From assembly GCA_000320545.1 (NCBI GenBank), contig ADNK01001859.1:43053-107052 (forward strand): a stretch of DNA of 64,000 nucleotides, in the 5' to 3' direction. Made by a program: the position numbers and the translations under genes. Position 1 is the first letter of the stretch; each line of letters starts with the position of its first letter. The notes beneath the pieces were generated by a model. It did no database searches and was not told where the DNA came from. It was given only the letters and a program-made list of their open reading frames with translations. This DNA comes from Bigelowiella natans CCMP2755 (Eukaryota; Protista; Cercozoa). This document shows positions 39,144 to 50,965 of this stretch, piece by piece.

Positions 39144-40764
39144 AAACACACCGCTCAATTTCCATGGATTTTGATTTGAACAATGCAACGATTTTGGTTT
39201 GCAGCAGCAGGTGCTCCTACGACAGACAAAGAAATTGACAGGGCTTTCCGTCGAATCAAGATCGATGTTTTTGCTGCTGCACGTCAATCTGATGATTCTC
39301 CTCCGTTCCCAGTTTCCATTGAAGACCCGTTCGAGTGGACCAGTGCCTAGACCTTGTCCTCACTCCAGTTGTCACCTTGGTTGTGCCACTCTGCACCATC
39401 AGGGTGCTGACAAGTCCTCGCAATGATTTTTGTTGAGGCGCTGCTGCTTGTTTGCGCTTGTCACCCGTGTGGTTCGTGGTGAGTGCCACAGCCAGGTTCT
39501 TTGCACTGGAACGCCACGAGGGACGGTCAAAGTGGTGCCACTCGTTCGATGCCAGTTTGACAATGACACGACCCTGAAACACTTGCTCTGGTCTTGTGTC
39601 AAGTCACAGAGCTCAGGACCTGAGGACGTGCTAGCGTGGTTCTGGAACAAGGTCAGACGCCTTCTTTCTTGTCATCGTCCTTCTGAACAAAGCGGGCTAG
39701 CGAGGTTTTGGGTCGCAGGAACTTGAAACCACGCTGGCAAGTTTGTGATGGGCTCTGGGTGCAAGGACGGGGGTGCTTGAATCGCCTGACGTCGCATCAC
39801 GTTGCACTCATCGTGCATGCAGCGATGTGCGCGGTTCACGCGTGCTTTGCACCTGGTTGGTGTTGATCGTGGCGCGAGCTGCGAGCTGCGAGTGCACGGG
39901 TTTCGCCGCAAGGCTGTCACTAGCGTCACGTCGGCGACGCCAGCACGACATGCGTGCGACAAAAAGTTGGTCGTGTCACGTGCACACACACGTGTGGCGT
40001 GACCAAACCAGCAAAGCACGCTGGCCTTGGTGGGCGTTGCGGCATGCGCGCGATGTGGATCAATCAAACTTGTCGCGCGTGTGTGCATGCATGCAAGCGG
40101 GTCGGCGCTGAGCAGCTCCAGATGTCAGCTGATCCTGCACGCTAGCACGAATGCCATTGTGATCAAACAAATGGACATGGCTAGATGGGGTCCAGGTCGA
40201 TCTTCTGCACTCTGGTCCCCAGGAGCAGAGTCAGAGAGACATGATGTTGTCAGTGGACCTTTGCATTCTGATTCCAAATTGGAAGATGATTGACTCAAAT
40301 TGCATCTAGGGCATGCATTTTTCTTTGGAATTGAAAGGATCAAAAAGTTCACTGAGAGGTAGAGAGCACAAATGACTCTAGGACTGGCTGAGCATCGTGC
40401 TGGAGTTGTGCAAAGCTGGAAAGTGCAAAACATCGAAAAATTCCAAAAAATTTTTTTTCATCATTGGACATGCGCAATGTCCGCAATTTCCATTTGCATG
40501 ATCCTTGATGAATCACAGCTCGTTCTCATTGGGTTGCTTTTTCAATGTTGAAAGTCAAAGAATTGTTCAATTTTGTTTTGTTTTGGTCCACCCATTTCTT
40601 TTGAAAACATGACAGACCGTTTCATTTGAATGAACATTTTGGTTCATTTTGTGTGCAAATTTTGCTTTCTGTTGACATCACTGCAGCTTTTTTTCTTTTG
40701 ATTTGTTGAACATTTTGCAACATCCACATTTTCATCAGTTCAGCACGGAGCAAAGAATCAACTC
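39144..40764. other. TpA-depleted block containing a probable decayed + strand gene remnant and its downstream RY tract
   Basis: My hand count gives 10 TpA in ~1620 bp: 8 CTAG, 1 CTAC, 1 GTAG. Protein-like but Tyr-free, Cys/His-rich ORF fragments at 39183-39350 and 39430-39726. Confidence 0.85.
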
Positions 40765-40782
40765 TACTAACGTCCCTTTGAA

Positions 40783-42290
40783 TCAATTAGACACTGCATA
40801 TTGAAGAAAATAGGTGTTACAGATCATGGCAACGAAGAAGCCCACATCGACCTGAATGGTGTACTCCTCAACTGATTCACGATGAACTTCTGAAACCCTT
40901 TTGGTAGTTTCAATTTGATTGAAGAAAACTACAATGAAGAGAACCACCACGACAGGGATGATCATTGAAGCAATGGCGATTAGGTACCAAAGCTTGTTTA
41001 ATATTTGCCCTTCCTTCTGGCTCTGTTCTGTTTTTTTAACAACTCTTCCTTGGCGATTTTTCTGTTGAATTTTGGGTAAAGTTTCGGCCGTTTTGACATT
41101 GGAATCTACGTTGCTGACATTGTGTTCTGTTTTGATATACTTTGGAGACGACGTTTTCCATTCTAATTGTGTCTTCGAGGAAGGACTGCACATCATACGA
41201 ACTTCCTTGGATGACTTGCTCACCGATAGTTCTCTCCATTCGGTGTTGAATCTGGACTGTTTCTGGGATATAGGATTAGTTACCATGTGACTCGATTCAT
41301 CCTTTTGCGAGATCTTTTCTGCCTTTTGATTTTTCTGACCCTTCATTGGGGTATGCAATGCTGAAGAAACTGTTGTAGACTGTTTGGATTTCTTCCGCGA
41401 ATGTGCCTCAAATATATATGTTCTCAGTTTAGACAATGATAATATGTATTGTGCTCCACCAGAGAGTGCAGCGAAGGATACTGCAAGTTGCTTCGGAGCA
41501 TTCCAGACAAAAGCATCTGTTATGAGAGTCCCAATTCCAGAGACCAGGAATATGATGCTTACAATAAACATGGCTGGAAAAATGCGTACAGGAATTTCAA
41601 ACCAATCTATCTTTCAAAGAATCTATTTTCAACGTACCGGAGAAGCACAGTATGGGACTGATTTTAGGGGTTCTCTTTGTCATGTTCACCACACTGTAGA
41701 GCGTATTTGATATTACCAGTGCTAAGTACTTATTTTAGAAACATAGCATTTTTTGTCATATTTAGCGATGAGCACCGAACACAAAAAGGACCATTATTGT
41801 GATGAGCAAGATGGCCTACAAATACAAATTTTGAGATTGAATGTTATTGGCTTGCTCTACGGATGCACCGTTACGATGTTTGACAAAGCTATTGATGTCC
41901 TCCAGTCGCCTCTGAGCGGCTCATGTTCAGTCTGTATGGGTTGCATTTGACGAGCTTTTTATTTTCATCTGAAATTCAACGTACTGCTATCCAGACAAGT
42001 ATCACTAGCGCGTTGAATGTTCCAATCCTGAACATAAAAGTGATCAAGTGTTGTTTCTCAGTTTTGAGGACAGGAAGATCATGCAAACCATCGAATCCGT
42101 GTAGCTGGGACACTTCCCTTTTCGAACCACAAGCTTCGAACACCCCGAACAAAATTCACCAGCCCCATCGCAAACTTGATGCTGTCGCTTATGACCTACG
42201 TGTTGTGAGTTTCACAAATTCGACACACTCGTACCCTACCTATGAGAAGCGAATGATGAATGATGAACGTACCCATGCAAGCACCACCAT
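40783..42290 (-). CDS. Multipass membrane protein of unknown function with short introns
   Basis: Hydrophobic segments IGTFNALVILVWIA, AILLITIMVLFVFALVIS, MFIVSIIFLVSGIG, LWYLIAIASMIIPVVVVLFIVVFF, VGFFVAMIC, plus a long charged loop; the 3' introns are phase-consistent. An upstream ATG at 42371 is followed by an in-frame TGA, so the start is uncertain. Confidence 0.6.
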
Positions 42291-42899
42291 GATGTTTCTA
42301 AAATGCCAAATTGCCACTCAAAGACTCAAAGAGCCACTGTGGTCCTGCAACGACAAATCGACTTCTTCCATTACAAAAACGAGTCAGGAGTTAGCACGCT
42401 GATCACGGAAGAGCGGAAGAGCTTTTTTTTGTTTCTGGACAGCATTTTTTCCTTGCGTGCGCTGAGCATCCTTCACATGGAACAACATTGAATTTCGCAT
42501 TGACGCATGTACTACATCCACGTGCTTTTGCGCGAATCTGTAATCTTCAACATGATGCGCAACCTGTTTTTCTCATCACGAAATCCATTGCATCTTTGAT
42601 ATGCGACATAAAACATCTCATTATCTTATGATGGATGATGCCCTATGCTCAGCGGCTTTTCTTTGGAGATGCTACAAAAAATTGCCTAAAATACCTTTTC
42701 TCATGAAAAGCTGCTGTGGCTTCTCAGAATAGCTATGTATCTGTTCTTTCATACAGGTATCAGTTAAAAAAGAGACCATTATTTCTATGCGCCTGAGAAG
42801 CTTACCCAAAAAGATGATCAAGTCTGCTTTGATTTCGGCCTTTTCCGGGGGAATGCGGAGATTTTACTTTATTTTGGAGATGAGCAGTGACACGATTTC

Positions 42900-44503
42900 T
42901 GGTTTTGCTTAGGTTTCCCGCCTGCGACAAAAGGATTTGGAGATCTAGACTTGGTGCTCCGATCAGATATTGGTCTTAAAAAGCAGCTGCCCAAACCCAC
43001 TACATCAGAATGTTTCAAGAATAATTATAGGCAAACTTTACACAGCGACAAGGTGATTATCTGGTAATCCTATTGCATGTGTACTCTTTTTTCTCCGTAC
43101 CTTTCTCTGCACAACTCACCCTTCTCTCGTAACATCAAGGGGTGCAGGACCGTTGCATCTCCGACGGTCGCCTCGTCGTCTCGCTTTACTTAATGTACTG
43201 TGATAGCAGCGAGTATGAACAATGGGGATCGCAATCCGGCCAGAGACATCCATCCCTTATAGCAAGTCATAGGTACATCCTTAGCGTATCAAGTAGGCGC
43301 TTCCATTACATAACCTCCTTTTCGGCGGTTCAATGTTTATTAGGACGGTGGGACACGAGGTCCAGTTCTTGGTTCAATGGTCTGGGCCACGAGGAGAGGT
43401 AAGCAGCTTTATCACCGCCTGAAGCAAACAAAACTGAGCTACCACGTTGCCTCACAGACAGTTGCATGGGAACGGGCCGATTCGTTGCCGATCCAACTTA
43501 CAATGCGGTATTTTGTGAAACGACTGGAAGAAGCTACCGTGGACGAAGTAGTAGTCTCTAATATGAATCCAGCTATGCGCTCCAAGCGCCAAAATTTGTG
43601 CCACCACCCAACCACCACCACCACCACCACCACCACCACCACCTTAACGATTGTCGTGTCTACGTAGACGGTCGGTCGACATATGCAGGAGAACAGAAAA
43701 TTAAGGGGGCAGCTTGAAAGGGTAGTTGGCTTTGCTGTCTCACATAATTACTGATTGATTTTCTCTTGAAGAGAAAGAATACGTTCTAAGTACAATTGTC
43801 CTCCGCACCAGGTCTCCCAGTATTGGCAGAAGGCAAATCAAAGATGCTCAATACTGGAGTCGGTTGTGAATATGTTCCAAACAGAGGTTGTGAAAGAGAG
43901 ATCCATATATAGACAAAATGCAAATCCTAATAAGATTTTCAAAATCTATGCACAGTGGTGAGATCCCCCTTGTTCATTATTCGCATTCCCATTGATATCA
44001 TGTTGTCAGATGAAAAACTTTCAGCAAAATTTTTTTGAGGAAAGCGCCCGCGGTCTCGGAATTAGCGTGATGACGGGAGGCAACGACGCATCATCTTCGT
44101 CACAGACTAATGTAAGAAGCAATGGCCATGGACAGCAACTAGGAATAGGACCGGGATTGTCAGCACGAATTGCTCACTCGCTCATCAAAATCAAGAGAAA
44201 CCTCAAGAACCTAGAGAAAAGTAATGGAGGCAAATATGTCGAATGGGATAAACTAGGAGGACTATGTACATCAGCGACCGTCATGTGTAATGTGTGGTGT
44301 ATGGTATTGGATGTGTCATCCGGTAATCTCACATTGTCGCACCTATCCCTCCTCTCTCCACCCCATATATAGGTGGCGTGTTATCTCCGCAGCAACCTCA
44401 GCTTCACCATCAGCAGTCTCATCACATATCCTCCAATCAATCTCATTTATCATCATCATTCCCTACAGAACGACATCCATCCTCTCGAAAACGGTATTTC
44501 TGT

Positions 44504-44536
<33 letters not shown>

Positions 44537-46505
44537 CTACTGAAGCAGCCACCAACAACTAACAACTAGCCCGTCGCCAGATAATTAGCTAAATGAAATT
44601 GCCTCCTCTCCCAACTTTCCATTCTCTCTGTTCCCTCCTCTTCCCTATGATCAACCCTCAGGAGGATATCACCTTCTTCTTCTTCTTCTTCTTCCTTTCG
44701 CTCGAACTATAACGGCACCAACGGGAACAATTACAACAATAGCTATGCAATCGATAAAAGAAAGCTGCATCGTAGGCTTTTGAGCACTTCCAATAGCAGC
44801 AATGATGCTTGCTTGGAAGCTACAACGACGATAACGAAGGCCACACCCACGGGAGGTGGTCCTCCTCCCTCCTCAGGGAACAATCTGAAGGTAATAATAG
44901 AAATGGTGTCTTGGAGTCGTTACGTCGTAGCGTCGATCTTTGTGAAGATGTTAAATATACGTGGACGTCATGATAACCACCACATCAGTAGAGATGGTAT
45001 ATCTGATGGTGAGCTGAGGGTTTAAATATGACGATGCTTTTCACATGGCAAGAAAAATTGCCTGATTCTGAGCTGACTGAAAACATAATAGGCCTTAATT
45101 CGCAAGCTGCAGGATCATGTGGGGGGAGAAGAAAGAGGGCAAAGCGAAGAACGCAAAGGGGAGTGTGCCAGAGTACAATATACTTACGACCCTGCTCCTC
45201 CACTCCCCCACCCTTCTCATCATCAGTACACAGCAGAAGGTAGCAGTAATCATAACCTAGGTCCAGAGATGGGCCAAATGCAGATGCAACATCACCAGCA
45301 CCACCAACACCAGCAGCAGCAGCAGCAGCACCATCACCATCACCACCAGCAGCATCAGCAGCAGCAGGAAAAACGCCCCTATCACATCAATGGCAACGCT
45401 GACACACTAGCAGTGGCAGGAGCAACCTCATCGTCTCGGTAATGATGCTAACAATAGTAATGGTTTTAGTAGTAGCAGTAGCACTAAGATAGCTCATCCT
45501 GCTTTTGAAACGCATGTCGATCGGAGCTCATCGGAGCTCTACTTTGTACATATTTTGTGTATCGTCGTCGTCGTCGACATGTAACAGACATTAAGGTTAC
45601 TACAGTTTATATTTCAGAATGTAGTAGCAAGTCCCTTCCTCATTCCCTTATTTTACTACAGTTTATATTTCAGAATGTAGCAAGTCCCTTCCTCATTCCC
45701 TTATTTTTCTTTCAGCCACCAAACTTCATCGTCGTCGTTTGGAGGGGAGCATGACTCTCAGAAGATGCTGATGATGGCCAAGCCAGACAACCGTAGATAC
45801 TCCTCAACGTCACTGTCGCTGATGAAGGAAGAAGAGAAGAGGATTGTAGCTGGGGATAAGGGTGGGGTTGATCTTGCCAAGAGTGCTTATGGAAAGACAG
45901 AGGGGCATGTTGCAGCTGTTTCTAATGGTGGTAGTAGTGGTGCCCAATCTGAGTCAAATGCACCAAGAAATTTCTTCGTTAATGGAAACTACCATCGTCC
46001 TCTTGGTGATCACTCTGAAGCAGCATCGAATTCGGAAGCACTGCGAAGAGCACGTGAAGGGGCAAGACATAAAGATGGTAACGCCGAGTTCCATCCATCA
46101 ACTTCAGCACCATTGTCCCCAACTCGATCTAAAGAATCTGACTCCCCGCCACTGGCGAGCGCAGCATCCTCCCAACCGCCGGTAGTGAAGCATGAGTTAA
46201 GGCCGCATGAAAGTGCTTTAGATGATGGCGTCAAAGAGATGAATGGCAAGGAGGAATATCACAATGTAAACTCCAGTGTCGGTGGTGAAAGCGGCAACGA
46301 TAATAAGAACCCTGCTCAAGTGACAACGACCCCCAGTAAAATTCTACAGCCTCCTGTGACTGGTGGTGAAGGCCCGTGCGTCGAGGGGACTAGCTGTCCT
46401 ACGTGCGGCAGCCAGTTTGACCTCAAAACTGATCTTATTGAGCATCTCAGGACCAGCGTTGAGTGCTATGTTGCTGCCTTTAAGGCTTCAAACGATAGTA
46501 CGTAG
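42900..46505 (+). CDS. Low-complexity (Q/H-rich) putative nuclear protein with a C-terminal zinc finger
   Basis: The last exon encodes CPTCGSQFDLKTDLIEHLRTSVEC (C2HC/C2H2-like). There is a coiled-coil middle and a polyQ/H tract. 5' exons are unresolved; WERADSL is only weakly chromo-like. Confidence 0.5.
45597..45705. repeat. Intronic ~56-bp tandem duplication
   Basis: TTACTACAGTTTATATTTCAGAATGTAG(TAG)CAAGTCCCTTCCTCATTCCCTTATT occurs twice. Confidence 0.9.
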
Positions 46506-47174
46506 TAACAACTCTCAGAGGAGTAAAATTATTATTTACATACGCACCTTTATATATGCCGAGCTATCACATCTAGACATTGCTAATCTAGCTAGTAATA
46601 ACCAGTCTAGCAGTACGCAGTGAATGTATTGAAGATCTGACGGAGTTAGGCACATGCATGCATCCTGCGTGAGATGACACATTCTAATAGTCTAAACAAT
46701 CTACACTTGAGTGTGCCAGGCAGATGACAAAGGGTATGCTAGCGCTTGCTAGCTTGCTTACATGCGACATGCCACATATATATGTGTCTGCTAGACGTAC
46801 ATACATGGCAGTGCAAACAGGGAGAGCCAGCGCCTGTAGCCAAGTATATATTGGCATGCGTCTGGAAATATAAACATAAACGCATTCTCAACTTTCTGAA
46901 AGCTTGCATTATCTAGTTATTATTATGCCGCTGCGATGCTGCGCATCTAATCAAAGACGGCGTAGGCACAGGCAGGCAAGTCTAGAGGTGCAGCCTGCGA
47001 AAATGCAGATGACACATATAATGTAACAAAGCTGCAGCTGATATTTAACAGATTGTACTTGCTCTGTCATCATGCTGTGCGAAAATCACGCACGCGACGG
47101 TAAAACACATTGTGTTTGTGTTTCAAATACTAATATGTCGCACCCTGCCTGACGGCTTTCTCGCACATGTTCGC

Positions 47175-48887
47175 TTAAAGGTACTTCTTTCCCACCATTT
47201 GCTCGAAGCGATCAACTTCAGCAGCAGAACCGTATGCAACCTGGGTGCGGTCTTCAGTGCCAACAACTTCAATGTTAAGAACGGACTGCTCTCCATCGGA
47301 GGACTTTCCGCCTGCCTTCTCGATGACGTATCCGATTGGCGCAACCTACGACAAATAATTACATTACGTTCTGGAACTCGTAAAATAAAAATCAGAGTTG
47401 ATGTGACCTCGTACAGAAGACGGAGCTTAGCCTTAGCAGCCTTGGATTCAGCGTTCACGAAAACACCTTTTCCCTTGACCATGATTTGGTTTACGTCAGG
47501 AACCATACCTCCAGTGTATCGGAGCTGGTACTGGTTGTCATACCTAAAATTTCCTCGATATAAAATCTTGCATTCTTTCACAGTTTTAAAAAAAAGTGTC
47601 GTAATAATACGTACCAGTAGTTGAAAAGCTCTTCGTATCCCTTGTTGTCCTTGGTTGCACGGAGGTTTCCGGGAGCGAAAAGCTTACCTTCACCAATAGA
47701 CATAAAGCTCTGGGAGAGAACCCACTGTCCGTGCTTGGCAGAGTAATCATCGATCAAAAGGAATTCGTGTGCACCCTGGATGCCATCAACAGCAAGGGTG
47801 ATGGTAGTACGAGGTCCGTAAACTCCGAGACCAGCAGCCTGACAGATGCAGAGTTCTCAATACCAAACACGCACCATTTCAACGTTTTCAAACAAAACCC
47901 ACCTTCTGCTCAGTTCCCTTGATTCCAGTAAGCTTGGATCCAGGCCAAATTCCGAAGATGGTTCCAACAGCGAAATTGGTGTCGATGATGGAAGATCCGT
48001 CAAGGGGATCGAATGCAACAGAGTAGCCCTCTCCTCCCAAAGGAACTTCGGTAGGCTCTTCCTCGGAAGAAGCGGTTGCAACAGCTCCAGAAGCCTAAGA
48101 GACAGGATAGCATTTTAATCGTATGTCTCATCTTCGGGTGCATAGAATTCTCACCCTGAGGTTCTCGAAGATAACGTTGTCAGCAAGAACATCGATAGCG
48201 AGCTGCTCATCACCGAAGGCGTTGAAGCAAGCTTGCTTGTCGCAAGAAGCAGTGCGAATCTTGTATCCAATCTCCTTGCAGGCAGAGAACATACCCATGA
48301 TAGCTTTTTGGAGCTTAGGCTCAGTGTTTGCCAAGAACTCCTCGATAGTCGTAGATTGTTCGGTAGCCACTGAGGGATTCATCACACTTCAGTATTCTGA
48401 ACGATGGCAAGGGTGTTCCACATTACCTGATGACTCAACAGCCTGCATCTTCATGGAGTGACGAGCTCCGCGGTTCATTGGAGCAAAGTTGAATTGCTGC
48501 TGAGGACGGCGCATAGCGGACATTCCCTGTTGAATTGTCATCAAATGAGTTTTTGTGATTTGTAGACGCTGCGCATAATAGTAGAGAATTTCGGTTACCA
48601 TGTGAGAAATTCCAGCCATAGAATGAGCGGAGAAGGTGGTTGGATTAGCAGCTCGTACAGGTTGTGCAAGCTGGGTTGGAGCTAAGAAACAGAGGAGCAA
48701 AAAGAAGGGGTATATATGACAACCGAAACTTCCACATAAGCTGTATGAAAACAGGCGACAAACCTCCATTGGAAGCCACAGCAATGAAGCCGATAGTTGC
48801 AAGGGCAACATTTACAGCAATGCTGATTTTCGCGCATCGAGAGGATGAGGAAGGGGAAGGCTTCGCTAGAAGGAGAGAGGAATCCAT
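47175..48887 (-). CDS. SBP: Sedoheptulose-1,7-bisphosphatase, plastid-targeted (bipartite leader)
   Basis: [28 protein letters not shown]; [11 protein letters not shown]; [24 protein letters not shown]; KLRLLYEV; ends [11 protein letters not shown]. Hydrophobic signal ([16 protein letters not shown]) followed by an Arg/Ser/Met-rich transit-like segment. Confidence 0.95.
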
Positions 48888-49680
48888 CGTGTTTCGACTA
48901 TGCTCACTTGCCAGACATATCGAGTGAACTCACTATACGGTAAAAACTCAATATACAGGCCATTATTTCCCAGAACAAGACATAAATTTATTAATTAGAT
49001 GAATATCCAAAGAGTTCCGCGTTAATCGTCAAATCGATATTCTAAGTTTGCTTTTGGTGCGAGACGTGACAACCACGAGGATAAAATTAATGAGCCGTTT
49101 ACTGCGGAGGAAGCTGGAATAAATGGTCCGCGACAACATAATATCCCTTAAAATATCCACGCATCTGGCGTTCCTCTTAAGGAACATGCACGTGGCCCCA
49201 GAAGACTATTTATGTATAAGACATGTCGAATAGAGATTAAATTGAACAAAAGATCCCCCCTTTATGTTACCGCAACCCGAAGTTCCTTTTCTTGTTAACA
49301 TAGCTGTCAACGACGAGAAATACGGGATAAAATCCGATTGATATTTTGTAATTTAGAGAAATATAGAGTAACAGTGAATTTAGTATTAACGTCATGGATT
49401 TTACGTTGTCTCGAAAACTAGAAAATTTCTTTCAGAAGTTTCCCTTTTGTTGTCATCATTGTCTCTTGGTAAAAATCTAGTATGCTCTGACGCTATTCTG
49501 CTCTTCTGTGTGTGAATGTATGTAAATCCTCCCTCGTTCTTGGAATTTACTTGTGTTGGTTTTGAACAATTTAAGTCTGCAACCCTTCCTGCATTCGAGT
49601 TTGCGACGGTGAGCGAGAGCGCGCGCTGGAGGGAGGACAAGAAAAATTAGAAAAGGGTAGGGCCTCAAAGAATTTAAGAA

Positions 49681-50106
49681 ATGGCTGAGGTAATGCTGGA
49701 GGATCCGGAGGCTTACGCCAAAATCGTGGGAGAAAATTTCGAATTCTATGTGGACAAGCCTACATTCATTCTGGGTAGAAAGGCAAAGAAGGAACATAAG
49801 CTTGCGGAAGGTGAACAGTTCATCTGCATTTCTGAGCAGAAAAACATATCGCGAAAGGTAATTTTTCTAAACGTAAGGATAATTTCTAGTCCGCCGCATC
49901 CGTGATCCCTTTCTTATTTTCAGCACGTAATTGTTACTTGGAACCCGAAGGATAAAGCATGGTATTTGGAGTGTCGGGGGAAGAATGGACTATACTTAAA
50001 TGGCAAGCAAGTAACCCCAGAGAAAGCTAGGAAAACAAAGCTAACTGATAAGGCTCAACTGAAAATAAGCGACGTTACAATATACTTTTTGCTTCCGCTA
50101 AGATGA
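49681..50106 (+). CDS. Stand-alone FHA domain protein (FOXK/Fhl1/plant FHA2-type), ~119 aa, 2 exons
   Basis: Exons 49681-49857 and 49924-50106: AYAKIVG..FILGR..KNISRKH..W..LECRGKNGLYLNG..IYFLLPLR*. Confidence 0.9.
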
Positions 50107-50965
50107 TGGACAAATTATTTCTGCCGCTCTGATGAATCGAGGACACGATGATTGGAGGCATAACAATGATGTAGTAATAGGGGACAAATTTACAATAAAG
50201 AAACCACTTGAGTTAAAGATTTAACGCTAGATGGAAATGTATGGAATAGATCGCGCGACTATAACATTCGAAAAGAACGAACTATGCGTCTTTCGTACGA
50301 TTACTCTGAAATCCAGTATTGCAGTGTGGTCTCCAATCGATATGTTTGCTGTACATCACGCGATATTCCCATGTTGGAAATGTAAATCATACACGCTGCC
50401 TGCCGAGCTCGTGTACGATGCAGAAGTCATGCAGAGCACTATTGCAAGATCACGCAACGGCAAGTCTTATCTTCTAGATGATCGATGAATGAATGGAGCG
50501 CTATGCCGACGCCACGTACAACGATACGCATGTAGATCGCACAGCACACCGGAGACTTGAATCATTGTTATGTATGTTATATGTTGTTGCATGTGATGCT
50601 TGCAGTAGGATATATGTTCCGTATTCATCGATTAAGGTGTGCATGGTGATTATGTAGCGAAGCTGAAACTATCTACGAGCGCGTAACAGTCCAATCATGC
50701 ATTTGATTGGCTATGTTGATGTATGCCGACGCGTGACAATGTTTTAAACTTCAGCGTAATTACATCATTGTCAATCTCTTGATTTTGTAAATACATCGCT
50801 ATAAACTACAATCTGTACAAGTATAAGGTCTTTAACAAAAAAGAACAGAAAGATGCCTTTGTGAATGGCGTTGAGCATGATGTATATAGCAAAAGTTTTA
50901 CTTTACAGATGTTATTTTTATGATTTTCGTGCGCCCCCCCGCGTCGCCAGGCCGTGTGGTAATTT

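Noticed and set aside
39144-40764. Calling the TpA-depleted block a transposon or Helitron
   Set aside because: I found no TIRs, LTRs, target-site duplication or transposase/RT motifs; the CTAGs are internal survivors.
41960-42510. Second TpA-poor patch
   Set aside because: Only mildly reduced, and TTA, TAT and GTAC persist; not distinguishable from background by eye.
48386-48430. Apparent in-frame stop in SBPase (PCHRSEY*)
   Set aside because: Removed by a short phase-2 intron (GA|GTCATC...GAAG|T) giving MQAVDVMNPS.
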